Virus record (IMG/VR): IMGVR_UViG_3300043429_000266
Coordinates: 1 to 59,341 of that record
DNA length: 59,341 nucleotides
Direction: 5' to 3' (one strand)
Source: a virus
Taxonomy: Duplodnaviria; Caudoviricetes
The position numbers and the translations under genes were made by a program. A model generated the notes under the pieces. The model was not told the DNA's origin. It ran no database searches and saw nothing but the letters and a program-made list of their open reading frames with translations. The stretch's first letter is position 1. Each line of letters opens with the position of its first letter. Positions 8,857 through 19,730 of this stretch are shown here, in pieces.

Positions 8857-10774
8857 CTTCTTTTTTGATGTCGGCCTCGATGTCAGCCTCAATGTCGGGG
8901 CCGGATATCGGGGCCGCTTCGCTTTCAAGCTGTACGTCTTTTTCCATGTCCGCCTGAGGAGCCGAGCCCTCGGGTGATGGGAAAATAGCCGTCGCAGTGC
9001 CGGTGGTGCCTGCGCCCTCAACAGCTGAAGCGCGAGCGGCCTTAGGTATTGCGGCTGCAGCTTGTTCGTCAAGCATCTTAACAACTGCGGCAACTTCGTG
9101 CGGGTCTTTTGACATGAGCATGTCGGCCAACTTAGCCGAAGTCTTCTCAGTCATCTGCCCTTTGCGCAGGCCGCTAACCACGGCGTTGGCGAGCGAACTC
9201 TTCCAGCCGCCCGTAATAGCGCCCATCATCGCATCACCAATACCTGAGCCGTCTTCAAGGCTCTCACGCATTTGCATACGCTTACCCGTGGGGCTACCGC
9301 CGAGGATCTTGCTTGACTGGTTGAACAGTTGGGCCTCACGCTCGAGGGCGTTCTTGAACAACTCAAACTGAGCAGGGTTGTCAAACAACGGCTGCAGCTT
9401 GGCTTGCATCTCGGGTGAACCAATCAGGCGTTGAGCAGCGTTAAAGTTGCCCGACGGTTTCATGATCTTGTCATACAAATCACGCGCCACGCCCGTGCGG
9501 AACGCATGCTTCTCCGACTCGCCCATACCCGACACGAGCTTGATGACCTGCTCATGATCCATACGACCGAACTCGTTGATACCCTTGCGCATCGCGTCAG
9601 AGAGTTCAGCTCCACCGGCGTAGATGCCGCGCGCGAGTTCGTAGTCCGGAACGGCTTTGTCAAGGTCTTTCAGGAACTCGTTTTTCTTCTGAGTGTAGAC
9701 GCGACCGAGAGAGGTGGTCTTGCCGGTGATGGCGTCTGTTTGGCCTTCAATCAAAGAGTCCAGACCGCGCTTCACTTGGTCTAACACCTCAACCGTGGGT
9801 TTGCTCAAGTCAAGCTCGCGGCCCTCGGCCTTGAGTAGCTTGTCGGCTTCCTTCAAAGCCTGTTGGAACTGTGGCAGCTCCATGTACTTGAGCACCTTGG
9901 GGTCTGCGACCTCGCCGTACGAGTAGGCTTGTTGGTACGCTGGGCCTGCGAGGGTTTTCATTTCCTCTTGCAGCTTGGTCAAGTCGTCGTAGTAGTCTCC
10001 TGGCTTGAGGGCTTTGACGGTCTGCTGATGGGCGCGCTCACGCGAACCCAGCTTCTGCTCCATCAAGGTTTTCTCAATCTTACGCGCACCTGCGCCGGTG
10101 CGTTGAGCCACCGCTTCAGCTAGGTCGGCCAGCGCGGGGTTGGTGTTAGCAACTACGGACGGTACACCTATCGCTTTGTCTTGAGCCATTTTGGCTTGGA
10201 TTTGAGCAGTGGTGAGTTTGTCTTCAGCCATAGCTTGGGCCATCTTCTCAGCCGCTTTGCGCTCAACAAGAGCGTCAGTGGGGAAGAGACGCTCACGAAG
10301 CCAGCTCGAAGCGCCCTTAGTGCCGCGAACGGCCATCGGCACAGCCAAACCTAGGGTTGTACCCATTACGCCGCCGGTGAACGCGCCTGAGCCACGTTGG
10401 CCTTCTTCAGCCGAGCCTGCGCCGCTGATAGCGCCCGTGGTGCCGCCCGCGCCAGCGAGCTTGGCCCATGCGGGGATACGCGCCGCTGTGCGAGCCATAG
10501 CGCCCGAAACCTGAGCGGCACCAGCGGGGATGGCGGGTGGGTACATCATCATAGCCACGCCAGGAGCTGCGCCACCTGCGAACTCAGCCGTTCCGGTTGT
10601 GATGGGGTATTGTTGTGAGAACTCACCGTACTCGCTGCGGATCTTTTTCAAGTTGTCTTCATAGCTCTCGTTACCGAGCTTAGAGCGGAGCCATGCTTCG
10701 GCTTCGTCCCCCCAGCCCATACCGAGACCTTGACCAAACGCGGCCCGAGCGCCGCCAACTAATGGATCAGCCAT
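8849..10774 (-). CDS. Putative internal virion / DNA ejection protein
   Basis: Large helical protein with Gly/Ala-rich N-terminus at the end of a podovirus-type late operon. Confidence 0.65.
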   Translation of the reverse strand: MADPLVGGARAAFGQGLGMGWGDEAEAWLRSKLGNESYEDNLKKIRSEYGEFSQQYPITTGTAEFAGGAAPGVAMMMYPPAIPAGAAQVSGAMARTAARIPAWAKLAGAGGTTGAISGAGSAEEGQRGSGAFTGGVMGTTLGLAVPMAVRGTKGASSWLRERLFPTDALVERKAAEKMAQAMAEDKLTTAQIQAKMAQDKAIGVPSVVANTNPALADLAEAVAQRTGAGARKIEKTLMEQKLGSRERAHQQTVKALKPGDYYDDLTKLQEEMKTLAGPAYQQAYSYGEVADPKVLKYMELPQFQQALKEADKLLKAEGRELDLSKPTVEVLDQVKRGLDSLIEGQTDAITGKTTSLGRVYTQKKNEFLKDLDKAVPDYELARGIYAGGAELSDAMRKGINEFGRMDHEQVIKLVSGMGESEKHAFRTGVARDLYDKIMKPSGNFNAAQRLIGSPEMQAKLQPLFDNPAQFELFKNALEREAQLFNQSSKILGGSPTGKRMQMRESLEDGSGIGDAMMGAITGGWKSSLANAVVSGLRKGQMTEKTSAKLADMLMSKDPHEVAAVVKMLDEQAAAAIPKAARASAVEGAGTTGTATAIFPSPEGSAPQADMEKDVQLESEAAPISGPDIEADIEADIKKEVK

Positions 10775-12066
10775 TATTCAAGTCCTTCTGCCGCTGCGGG
10801 CGTTGTGTCACGGTACAGACCTTGGTTGATCTCGTTCAAGCGTTTACGGCTACGCTCTGACACCGACTTGAGCGCGGCGTAACCGTTCTTCATGATCTTG
10901 GCGCGCTCTTCAATGCTCTTAGCGCCCAAGCCCTGAACGTCTTGCAGCGCCTTGCGCTCGTCGTTAGAGATAGCTCCTGGGAACGTCGACTTGAGAGAAG
11001 ACAACGCCGCTTTTTCAAGCGTGTTTTCCAACTCACGAGTGTTGATGACCTTGGGGTCTTTAGAGCCCGTGGTCTCAAGCAATTTACGCTGCGCGATGTC
11101 AGGTAGAGAGGCATCAAACGTGTTGGGGTTCAGCGCGTAAGCCTTCTTCAAGTTCAACATCGCCTGCTCGGTCTGCGCCAGCATGTCTTCAGTGTCGGTC
11201 TTGAGTTTGACCTCAACAGGGCTCAACTTAGCGGCGGCCTTCTTGGCCTCGTCAAACTTCTGTTGATTCAAAGCCAAGTTAGCCTGTGCAACGGACATGT
11301 TGGCGAGGGTGGCGTTGATGGTAGACATCTGCTTCTCGACGTTCATGTCTGCGATCTGACCCACGCGCTTCTGGAACTCAGGGGTTCCTGGCTTCAAGCC
11401 TTCGTCTTGAGCCTGCTTACCTGCTGTGGACTGAGGCTGACCGGACTTGATGTAGTCCTTGAGCAACTCGGCGGAGATCGCGCGCTTGTCTTTCATCTCT
11501 TCGCCGGCAAGGGTGCGCAGCGTAGTGAGGTCGTCCTTTGCACCTTGCATCTTGAGCTTCTGACCTTCGAGTTGGAGCTGCTTTTTGAGCGCGCCCTGAC
11601 CCTTAGTGTACTCACTCATGGTCGCACCGACGTTGCCGAGGGTCTCTGAGAACTGGCCCGTCTTAGTTGGAGCGCCGAAGGCTGAGGCAAGGCGGAAGTA
11701 CATCTCGGCCTTGTCAAGCGGGCTACCCTCAATCGAGCTTTGGATCATCTTCTGAAACGCTTCGGTCTCAGCGTTAGCGCGACCACGTGCGGACTTGAGT
11801 TCAGCGCCGTATGTAGACTCACCCGAGGTATACTTGCTCAACATGTCGAGCAGTTGAGGAGGAACCGAACCCTGCTGTGCGGGGGCAGCGTCAATACTGT
11901 CAACGGCCTGAACGGGCGCGACTTTACTCGCCGCGACCGGAGTGGCCGCTGCGGGAATAGTCTCAACCGGCCCAGCCACTTGCACCGAAGGGTTGCCGTA
12001 GTACTTTGCCAGGAGTTCGTCCACACCACCGATACCGTATTGGCTGGCCAAATCTTGAATTTCCAT
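10774..12066 (-). CDS. Putative ejection protein
   Basis: Helical; FPGAISNDE motif; synteny. Confidence 0.6.
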   Translation of the reverse strand: MEIQDLASQYGIGGVDELLAKYYGNPSVQVAGPVETIPAAATPVAASKVAPVQAVDSIDAAPAQQGSVPPQLLDMLSKYTSGESTYGAELKSARGRANAETEAFQKMIQSSIEGSPLDKAEMYFRLASAFGAPTKTGQFSETLGNVGATMSEYTKGQGALKKQLQLEGQKLKMQGAKDDLTTLRTLAGEEMKDKRAISAELLKDYIKSGQPQSTAGKQAQDEGLKPGTPEFQKRVGQIADMNVEKQMSTINATLANMSVAQANLALNQQKFDEAKKAAAKLSPVEVKLKTDTEDMLAQTEQAMLNLKKAYALNPNTFDASLPDIAQRKLLETTGSKDPKVINTRELENTLEKAALSSLKSTFPGAISNDERKALQDVQGLGAKSIEERAKIMKNGYAALKSVSERSRKRLNEINQGLYRDTTPAAAEGLE

Positions 12067-12075
12067 CGTAGCTCC

Positions 12076-13170
12076 TTAGCCGCCTTGAGACATTTTGTAC
12101 AAACCTGCGCCGGTAGCACCCGCAGAAGCGAGTTGAGACAGCGGAGAGGCGCTGTACGTTGCGCCGGTAGTGGAACCTGCGTTGGTCGTGACTTGAGGCG
12201 TAATAGGGGCCATACCGCGCACCTGAGTAGACAACCAGTCCGCCATCTGACGAGGGTAGAGTTGGGCGTTTTGGTACTGTTGGTAAGCCGCATCTGCTTC
12301 GCGCTGGGCGAGCTGCTGTTGGGCAGAACCGGCGGCCTCAAGAGCAGCTGTGTCCGCAGTGCGCATCTGTTGACCTTGGGCAGCCATATTAGAGAGCTGC
12401 TGCAAAGCGGACTGTTGTCTTGTCAAATCTGACTGTGTCAAAGCTCCAGCCTGCTGACCTGTGCTGAGCAACGCTTGTTGTTGGGTGTTTGTCAAGTTGC
12501 CGGTCGTACTAGCTAGTTGGGCTTGTCGAGCCAAGTCACTTTGAGACGCGCCGAGGGCTTGTGCGTAACCTTGTTGCAACGCTTGACCTTGCTGGCCCAA
12601 GATAGACTCTTGAGTGTCGCGCAGGGCGCGGCTACCGAACTCACCCATACGTGTTCCGCCGAACTGACCCGCCTTGATGAAGGAGTCTGAAACTCCTGGT
12701 AACAAATTCTCAGTCAGGTTACGAGCGCCTAACTGGGCGATCCTGTCCGTCACGTTTTCAGTGTACGGGTTCATGTAACTATTGATGTCGGAAACAGAAC
12801 TCTGACCCGCCGCTGTCAAATAAGGCTGAGCAGCGTTGACACCGCTAGTCGCTATACCTTTGTCAAAATAAGGCTGCGCAGCAGACATACCCCCAGCCGC
12901 CGTGGTGAGGTTTTGAGTACCTGTGGTGGCTGTGTTGTAAGGGTCTTGCCACTTACCTACATTTTGACTGACCTGACGGTAAGCCTCTTCTTGCTGTGGT
13001 TTTAAGCCCGCAGCGAGGGTTCCGGTGTAGGCTTGATAAGGTTGGGCCGCGAGGTTAGACGCAAGCTGAACCTGCGTGTAGATCGCATCTTGCATCCACT
13101 TCGGGGTCTCCGTAGAGGAAGTGGTGTAAGACGTTGCCGTCTGGGGTTTACCTTCAAAGATACCAGCCAT
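12076..13170 (-). CDS. Putative ejection (pilot) protein
   Basis: Gln/Ala-rich with YMNPY and GQFGGTR motifs, as in podovirus DNA-transfer proteins. Confidence 0.65.
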   Translation of the reverse strand: MAGIFEGKPQTATSYTTSSTETPKWMQDAIYTQVQLASNLAAQPYQAYTGTLAAGLKPQQEEAYRQVSQNVGKWQDPYNTATTGTQNLTTAAGGMSAAQPYFDKGIATSGVNAAQPYLTAAGQSSVSDINSYMNPYTENVTDRIAQLGARNLTENLLPGVSDSFIKAGQFGGTRMGEFGSRALRDTQESILGQQGQALQQGYAQALGASQSDLARQAQLASTTGNLTNTQQQALLSTGQQAGALTQSDLTRQQSALQQLSNMAAQGQQMRTADTAALEAAGSAQQQLAQREADAAYQQYQNAQLYPRQMADWLSTQVRGMAPITPQVTTNAGSTTGATYSASPLSQLASAGATGAGLYKMSQGG

Positions 13171-15017
13171 TATGCGGCCCCTTTCAGATAAGCTAAGGGT
13201 GACTTAGCCGCAGGGCTGAAGCTACCTTTAGCGAGTGTTTTGCCTTTTTGCATACGCAACTTCTTACGCATCTCGTCAAGGCGGCGAGCGCCTTCTTTTG
13301 TGGAGCCATCACCGAGCAGGGCCACGGTCTCAGCGTCCATCACGTATTCGCCATCTGACAACTTAGCGTGGATTGTGTCTGCGCGACCTGAACCGCCGCC
13401 GTGAGCAAGCGCATTCAAAGCACCGCCGCGAGCGCGATGAGTGATATAACCACCGCGCGCAGCTGCCACTTCAGCTTGTTCAGTGCCGACCTGTTTATTG
13501 TACAGACCGCCAGAAACATCGTTCCAGTTGTTGGCCATGAAGGTGCCTAAGTCTTGCCCCTTGGAAGAAGCATCCGCCATCATTTTGTCCCAATCCCAAA
13601 CCACGGTCGGGCGATTGAAATATTCTTTCTGAGCGGGGCTCATGGACTCGATAGCCTGTTGAGCTTCTGGAGGAGGAGTTCCAGCAGCTGCACCGGCTAA
13701 ACCGGCTAACGCGAGACCGCCGTAACCCGTAGCGCTATTCATACCGATGTTGGTGGTGTTAGCGCCGGTCTGTTGAGCCAGAGTTTGCTGCGGCGCGTAC
13801 AGGTCGTTCGCAGCCACGGTTGTAGAAGCTGCGTTCGGGTTGATACCTACGTCTGAAACGGGGGTAGCGTAGGGGTCAGTGAGTGTGTAAACTTCTGAAG
13901 GCGCTTTGATACCCGAACCGGAGTAAGGTTCAGCCGTGGTGCTAGAAGGCGAGCTTGAACCCAGTTCAGTAGAACTGTTAGCCTTCATACCTAAGTTGTT
14001 AGTCACCGTGGCGGAAGGCTTAGCGTTGGCGTTTTGATAACCTTGTATACCACCCGCCATCAAACCGGCTAAAGCACCGCCCTTGAGGGCTGTCTTAGCG
14101 TCAGCGCCTACCGTCAACAGGTTACCTGTGGTCGCGCCACCAGCGCGGATACCGGCGTTGAGCGCGCTGCTACCTGTACCGGCCATACCGCCGATAGCGT
14201 TGCTAGCCATACCGCCCGCAGCACCCATGACCGCACCTTTACCGAACCCTTGTCCGGTGGCCGCGCCGATAGTGCCGCCGATTAGCGAGCTGCCTAACAC
14301 GTTCTGCGCACCTGCTTGCAACCCCATACCGGTAGCGTTGCTAATAGAACCACCTAACGCGCCGCCCGCGCCAGCACCTAAACCGCCGAGGGCAGCGCCC
14401 ATCAAAGCGCCTTTGACACCACCACCACCGAGAGCGCCGATACCAGCGCCGAGGGCGGCAGACATCGCCACACCGAGACCAGGAGCCGCGATAGCGAGAG
14501 CGATAGGGGCGACGGTTTTGATGATCTTAGTCAGACCGCCGCCCTTGAATTCGCGCAGACCCGTGTTAGGGTTGATACCGCCCGAGCCACCCATACGGCG
14601 AAGCATCTCAGCTTCCATAGGGTTGACGTGCGCCAGCATCGTGTCACCGCCGCGACCGTGAGCGGCCATTTGAGCAAGGCCGCCGCGAGCAAACATAGCT
14701 TGCTGTTGTTGACTGGATTGGTCTTTAATACCGTAGAACACGATGAGCAGAGAAGCGATCACGATAGGATCGAACTCGGCGGGAAGGTCGTCTTGATCAA
14801 CAAACCCATCACGAACAGCCGCTGCACGGACGGCGGGGTAGTCTTGCGGACTATCCATCACGTGCTCAAGCACCTGAATGATTTCATCAATCATCTGGGG
14901 GTTGAGGTCCATTTGAGCGACCTCTTGTTTGGCCATCTCGACTGCCTGCTGAACTTGTGGGTTCTGGCTGGCGATTTGCATGATTTGTTGACGATCCATC
15001 TTTACTTCCTTCGCCAC
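13170..15017 (-). CDS. Gly-rich internal virion protein
   Basis: GRGGDTMLAHVNP..INPNTGL motif, glycine-zipper hydrophobic region, C-terminal AKLSDGEYV motif. Confidence 0.65.
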   Translation of the reverse strand: MAKEVKMDRQQIMQIASQNPQVQQAVEMAKQEVAQMDLNPQMIDEIIQVLEHVMDSPQDYPAVRAAAVRDGFVDQDDLPAEFDPIVIASLLIVFYGIKDQSSQQQQAMFARGGLAQMAAHGRGGDTMLAHVNPMEAEMLRRMGGSGGINPNTGLREFKGGGLTKIIKTVAPIALAIAAPGLGVAMSAALGAGIGALGGGGVKGALMGAALGGLGAGAGGALGGSISNATGMGLQAGAQNVLGSSLIGGTIGAATGQGFGKGAVMGAAGGMASNAIGGMAGTGSSALNAGIRAGGATTGNLLTVGADAKTALKGGALAGLMAGGIQGYQNANAKPSATVTNNLGMKANSSTELGSSSPSSTTAEPYSGSGIKAPSEVYTLTDPYATPVSDVGINPNAASTTVAANDLYAPQQTLAQQTGANTTNIGMNSATGYGGLALAGLAGAAAGTPPPEAQQAIESMSPAQKEYFNRPTVVWDWDKMMADASSKGQDLGTFMANNWNDVSGGLYNKQVGTEQAEVAAARGGYITHRARGGALNALAHGGGSGRADTIHAKLSDGEYVMDAETVALLGDGSTKEGARRLDEMRKKLRMQKGKTLAKGSFSPAAKSPLAYLKGAA

Positions 15018-15475
15018 TTGTGTGACTCAAAATTTTCCCTTAAAAACCCATAAACGCAAAGGTCATCATCGATGAATGCCTTGCGCATGACCCCTTCGAG
15101 CTCGAAACCGATGTGTTCGTCAAACCGGCGAGCAGCCGTATTCTTTGAACGCACCAGACCCGTAACCCGTTGTAACTTCAACCGTTCAAACACAAATTCA
15201 AACAGTTCGTTAAACATCTTCACGATCTCCCTAGGCCGAGCCCAGCTCGCCCCAGGAATCGCCGCAGTGTGCATGTCCACCCCGAGCGCGCTAAAGTTTG
15301 ACAACACGATGACAAACACAAAGTTGTCATTCTCATCAACCGCAGACACCGCCCTCGAGAACCCCGTCACACCTTCAATACCCAGTACTTTCTTGGCCCA
15401 TTCCACGGCCTCAAGCTCGCGCTCAAATCCTATGTACCGCATCAGCTCAGGCTCTGGCAGAACCGGTCTGCCCAC
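15002..15475 (-). CDS. GNAT-fold protein of the virion module
   Basis: RVTGLV..KNTAARRFDEHIGFELEGVMR, a RimJ/RimL-like C-terminus. Confidence 0.75.
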   Translation of the reverse strand: MGRPVLPEPELMRYIGFERELEAVEWAKKVLGIEGVTGFSRAVSAVDENDNFVFVIVLSNFSALGVDMHTAAIPGASWARPREIVKMFNELFEFVFERLKLQRVTGLVRSKNTAARRFDEHIGFELEGVMRKAFIDDDLCVYGFLRENFESHKWRRK

Positions 15476-15669
15476 TCACGCCAATCGTCATACGCATAGG
15501 GTATGGGCGGGTTACGCCCGATTGTCGTGTTGTTGAGGAACTGAACGGCCCAGTCTTGCCAGTGTGCTTCGTCTGACAAACGCCCGAACGCACCATAGGG
15601 GTCGAGGTCCAAAATGACCTGATTGGCCCAGTCGATGAGTTCGAGGTTGGTAGGTAGGGTAACGATCAT
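15442..15669 (-). CDS. Small Trp-rich hypothetical protein
   Basis: WQDWA / WREWA repeats; coupled ORF. Confidence 0.65.
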   Translation of the reverse strand: MIVTLPTNLELIDWANQVILDLDPYGAFGRLSDEAHWQDWAVQFLNNTTIGRNPPIPYAYDDWREWADRFCQSLS

Positions 15670-17210
15670 CCGAGCACCGTCTTGTCTGTTTTATTGCCGT
15701 CTTCAATGTGACCGATGATTTGACCCATCTGGTAGTTACCGCCGATGCAGTACGACTTGAATTTGACGCGCAGCTCGCGGCGCTGTTCTTTGAGCATAGT
15801 GATTTGCTCATAAGGTTGCGTCACGTTAGAAGGGTCAACAATCGTGAACTCAGAGCTGTAGACCTCAGGGGCGCGAGCGTTAGCGCGGCCCGTCACCTGC
15901 ACGGTCATGTCACCGGACTGCACAAAGTCGGGCTCGATAGACGAAATACGCAGGTAAGAGTTGACACCCTTAGCCGCCATTGATGACAGGTCGCAGGTCT
16001 CAAAGTAAGACTCGATCGGGAAGATGTTCTGACCGTCGATCTCATCTGTACCCTGTTCGTGGATCCAGACTTTGTAGCCGTCACCCGTGAGGCTGTCTCC
16101 TGGTAGGATAGGAGCGGCGTAGGCGTTACAGTAGCTAGCAGCCACACGGCCTGAAGACGGTAGAATGGTGTCGTACCAAGTGTTCTCGCGGATGTTGTAA
16201 ATGACCGCATGAGTACACTCGGTAGCGTCACCGCGAGGGTAAGCCCACCAGATCTCACCGTAGCGAGGGGTGCTGTAGGCGTAAACTTTGCTACGCTGCT
16301 GGGGGTTCAGGCCGTCAAAGAACCAGTTCAGGTTCAACTGGTTAGGTACTTCACGCACCACGCCGTTAAACATGAGGAAGCGGTCAACACCTGCCCAGTA
16401 GAACACGCCGTCATAATCAATCACGCTGTCGGCTGACATAATAGAGGTGTTGGTGGCGATTGTGTCAAAGGCAAACACGGTCGAGCCGCCCGTAAAGGTC
16501 ATACGAATGACAGCATCATACGCCCACAAGACACCGGCAGGGGCTGAGCCTGAACCGGCGCGCAGGGGCAGACCCTTAACGATTTTCTGTCCCCAAGCGC
16601 GAGCGATACCCGAGCCCGAACCTGACAGGTCGGCGGGGTCTCCTGGGATTGACCAACCCACGATACCGGCAGTGCCGTAGTATACGAGGTACGGATGCAG
16701 AACTACGATACCGCCCGTGGCGTTAGCACCGGCAGGTAGGGTGATTTCGGTCAACGCGCCGGTTCCGGTCACGTCTCCGAAGAAAATCTGCCCGCCTTCG
16801 TCATTACAGATACACTGGCCGTTAGGGGCTACGTGGGCAATGATGTTATTGTCGGTAGTAGACGAGTCGTACATGTAGTCAAACATCCACTTGTTCTGGT
16901 CAGAATCGGTGAGTGTTGAAGGTGTACGGTCAGAGATGATTGAGGCGTTCTTGTTGGCGTCGAGCGTGAAACGCTCTAGCTTGGTAGCTGAACCTGAGTG
17001 GCAGTAAACAAGGGTTTGTTGCACGAAGTTGGTAAACCCGCGACAGATCTCACTCAGCGTTTTCACGATTGAGCGGTAGCCGCCAATTTTACGAGGCAGC
17101 CCGCGCTGAAAGCGCACCCACCTACCGTCTACATACTGGTCGCCCTCAAACTTGGTACCATCACGTTTGATACCAGGAAGGGAGCGGAGAATAGAGGTAG
17201 GTGACGCCAT
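15666..17210 (-). CDS. Tail nozzle / DNA stabilisation protein (P22 gp10-like)
   Basis: Beta-rich; PGIKRDGT, WVRFQRGLPRKIGG, GEIWWAYP; start at ATG 17210. Confidence 0.7.
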   Translation of the reverse strand: MASPTSILRSLPGIKRDGTKFEGDQYVDGRWVRFQRGLPRKIGGYRSIVKTLSEICRGFTNFVQQTLVYCHSGSATKLERFTLDANKNASIISDRTPSTLTDSDQNKWMFDYMYDSSTTDNNIIAHVAPNGQCICNDEGGQIFFGDVTGTGALTEITLPAGANATGGIVVLHPYLVYYGTAGIVGWSIPGDPADLSGSGSGIARAWGQKIVKGLPLRAGSGSAPAGVLWAYDAVIRMTFTGGSTVFAFDTIATNTSIMSADSVIDYDGVFYWAGVDRFLMFNGVVREVPNQLNLNWFFDGLNPQQRSKVYAYSTPRYGEIWWAYPRGDATECTHAVIYNIRENTWYDTILPSSGRVAASYCNAYAAPILPGDSLTGDGYKVWIHEQGTDEIDGQNIFPIESYFETCDLSSMAAKGVNSYLRISSIEPDFVQSGDMTVQVTGRANARAPEVYSSEFTIVDPSNVTQPYEQITMLKEQRRELRVKFKSYCIGGNYQMGQIIGHIEDGNKTDKTVLG

Positions 17211-18409
17211 TAAAACACCCCGCCATCCACCGTACCGGCAGGCGCTACCCCCAGCGTAGACCATGCTGCGCCGGTGTTAACCGCTGTGAACAGGGCAATA
17301 CCTACAGAGGTGCCGCCGAGGTTGATTCGAGCGCCCGAGGCCGTGGTTGCGCCGGTTCCGCCGTTAGCCACGCTGATTGGCACCGAGACACCGGCAGTGT
17401 CAGCCGGAACCACGTTTGTACCGTTACAGTACAAGATCGCGCTCTGGCCTTGGTCAATGGTGTAGCCGGTGCCGCTCGAGGTCTTGACCGTGAGGGTGTA
17501 AGCGCCGGTGGTGCTGTTGGTGATCCAGTACTGTTGCACCGTAGCGGGAACCACGATATTACGGTTACCAGTCAAAGTGCCAGTCAAGTCGTAAGCGATG
17601 CGGTTCAGCTCAGAGCCAGAAAGCACGTAGTTACCGGTACCACCGACGTTAATCGAGGTGTAGTCGAACGCGAAGACGGCGTCTTTACCATAGCCGATTG
17701 AGTAGTAATTGACGCCGTCAGTCACAATCATGGACGATTCGCCAGGATTGTAGGTCTTAGCAGAAAGGCCGTCAATGGTGACCGAACCTGAAGGGTCTAC
17801 TGAGAGCGCACCCGAGCCTTGGTTGCTCACGTTGATGAACCAACCGTTGCCGAGCAGCGTGGGTGAGGGTAGCTCCAAAGTGCCGCCCGCACCGCCCCAA
17901 ACAAAGAACTCAGAGCGGTCAGCATCACCAGCCGAGTAATCGCTGTTGAAGTCAGTGACCGGCATGTTCTGTGACAATACGCTACCGATGGCGATTAGGC
18001 CGGTGCCCGCTAAGGCCGAAGCATTAGCTGAAGAAGTGGCCGCGCCGTACTGAAACGTGCGCCAAGTGCCCGACTCAGTGGTGTTGTTGGTTAGGTAGAT
18101 TTGCCAGCTCGTACCCGCTTCCATCGCAATCAACTGAACACCGGTCGCCGACTTTACCAACACCTGAGTAGCGCCGTAGTTGTTGAACAGGATCGTCTGA
18201 CCGTTGCCGGCTTTAGCCGCATCGGGTAGGAAGATACTCCAGTCCGCAACCGCCGCTGTGACGTCAATAATACGAGTAGCGAGGTTGGTGTTGGTAGAGG
18301 TTTCCTCTGGCCAGCTGAGCACAACATCTGCCGTCAGGGTGAGCGCGCTGTAGCTGATCTCACTTGGGTAGATGTTAGCGCCACCAAATACGTTGGTGTA
18401 GGTCGTCAT
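17210..18409 (-). CDS. Tail structural protein
   Basis: Thr/Gly/Ser-rich beta protein with a VANGGTGATTASGARINLG fibre motif. Confidence 0.65.
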   Translation of the reverse strand: MTTYTNVFGGANIYPSEISYSALTLTADVVLSWPEETSTNTNLATRIIDVTAAVADWSIFLPDAAKAGNGQTILFNNYGATQVLVKSATGVQLIAMEAGTSWQIYLTNNTTESGTWRTFQYGAATSSANASALAGTGLIAIGSVLSQNMPVTDFNSDYSAGDADRSEFFVWGGAGGTLELPSPTLLGNGWFINVSNQGSGALSVDPSGSVTIDGLSAKTYNPGESSMIVTDGVNYYSIGYGKDAVFAFDYTSINVGGTGNYVLSGSELNRIAYDLTGTLTGNRNIVVPATVQQYWITNSTTGAYTLTVKTSSGTGYTIDQGQSAILYCNGTNVVPADTAGVSVPISVANGGTGATTASGARINLGGTSVGIALFTAVNTGAAWSTLGVAPAGTVDGGVF

Positions 18410-19041
18410 TATGCTTCACTCCGTTGGGCTGTGCGATCCAAAATACGCTTGAGGTCTTCACCGTTCAACGCTTGCGCGGCGCGGTCGTACATCATTTGCC
18501 AAGTCTGGATACGTTCATCGTTCTTGAGGAACGGGGTGGCTTCGAGCAGCGTTGCGTACAACAACACATCAGGTGCGTACTCGGTGAGCCAGTTAGTTTG
18601 GAAGTCTTCACCCAAGAACGGCGGCTGCTCATAGTACACGATTTCAAGCGTACTTGTAGCGTCCGGAGTAGGGGTGATGAGCCAGTGTTGGTAGTCGTAA
18701 TCGGCGTAGAACTGGGGAGTGCCGGTGGAGGCCTCATCAGGCCAGTAAGAACGGCAGTACTCGTAAGAGCGGGCGAAAATGGGCTGATTATTGACCGACA
18801 CACTCACCGTGTCGCGCCAGCGGTCGGGTTTCATGTATACAGCCACGCCGACTTGCAAAGGCGTAGTCACGGCGGTAATAAAGCCCGTGATCTTCAGCTC
18901 ACGAGCGATGCGCCGCTCACCTAGGGTAACTAGGCGCGGCAGCTGTTCGTAGACGATCTGATCGCTCTCGGCGGTGAACCCGCGCTCAAGGTAACGACGA
19001 ACGTCTTCGAGCAGCGATGAATAGGTCATTACGTAGCTCAT
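18409..19041 (-). CDS. Head-tail adaptor-like protein
   Basis: PTPD, NWLTEYAPDVLLYATLLEA pattern; start at ATG 19041 with GGAG RBS. Confidence 0.65.
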   Translation of the reverse strand: MSYVMTYSSLLEDVRRYLERGFTAESDQIVYEQLPRLVTLGERRIARELKITGFITAVTTPLQVGVAVYMKPDRWRDTVSVSVNNQPIFARSYEYCRSYWPDEASTGTPQFYADYDYQHWLITPTPDATSTLEIVYYEQPPFLGEDFQTNWLTEYAPDVLLYATLLEATPFLKNDERIQTWQMMYDRAAQALNGEDLKRILDRTAQRSEA

Positions 19042-19088
19042 CAATACTCCAAGATTGTAAGTAGCTGATTCAGCCAACGCTGGTGGAA

Positions 19089-19118
19089 ATTATAGGTGGT
19101 AAACATGAATGAAGGCAA
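19089..19118 (-). promoter_or_regulatory. Sigma70-like promoter for tail genes
   Basis: TTGCCT-18 nt-TATAAT on the - strand. Confidence 0.5.
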
Positions 19119-19121
19119 ATT

Positions 19122-19730
19122 TTACGCCGCGCAGACTGAACATACGTTCAATGCTTCATTCGTGTGTTTGATGCGGTCATCAAGGCCGATTGTGCCGCCG
19201 TTGATTTTCTTTGTCAAAGCTGCCCAGTTCGCATCATCGGCCAACGGGTTGCACCCGTGCGTAGACCAGAACCAACCGGCGGTCAGAGCGGCGTACTTTG
19301 GAGTTGCAACCAAATCAGGGTTAGCAACAAAATCAACACCCAATGCCTCGCCAGCGTGGAAATAGTTAGCATGACCAGTAAGTTGGATGCAACCACGACC
19401 ACGAAAACGATAGCCATCACCAGATGCCTCATCACGGTTACCCATTCGAGAAGCGTAGACCATATTAGCGATCTTTTTAGGATTTCCAGCATACTGGTTT
19501 GCGACCTCTAGAGTGGGGAATCGTTTGGGCCAGAGCTTCATCAGCGTGGTGGCGCGGTAGTTCAGGTTCTCCTCGAGGATGCGGAAGTTGCCGCACTCGT
19601 GACCACACTGACCTATGAAGGACGCCTGCTGGCGCAGGGACTTGATGTGGAAGCGGTCAAAAGTCTCATTCAAAGCGTCGACCCACTGCGGGCCGATGTG
19701 CAACTTGGCTAATTGTTCAACGGTTACCAC
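19122..19730 (-). CDS. Endolysin, glycoside hydrolase family 19
   Basis: FIGQCGHE, ENLNY, FRGRGCIQLTG..NY, AGWFW, TKKINGG. Confidence 0.93.
   Translation of the reverse strand: MVTVEQLAKLHIGPQWVDALNETFDRFHIKSLRQQASFIGQCGHECGNFRILEENLNYRATTLMKLWPKRFPTLEVANQYAGNPKKIANMVYASRMGNRDEASGDGYRFRGRGCIQLTGHANYFHAGEALGVDFVANPDLVATPKYAALTAGWFWSTHGCNPLADDANWAALTKKINGGTIGLDDRIKHTNEALNVCSVCAA

Noticed and set aside
15002-15475. GNAT as the acetyltransferase of the base-modification pathway
   Set aside because: It lies in the tail/ejection module, where GNAT-fold genes are common, far from the modification cluster. A role cannot be fully excluded.
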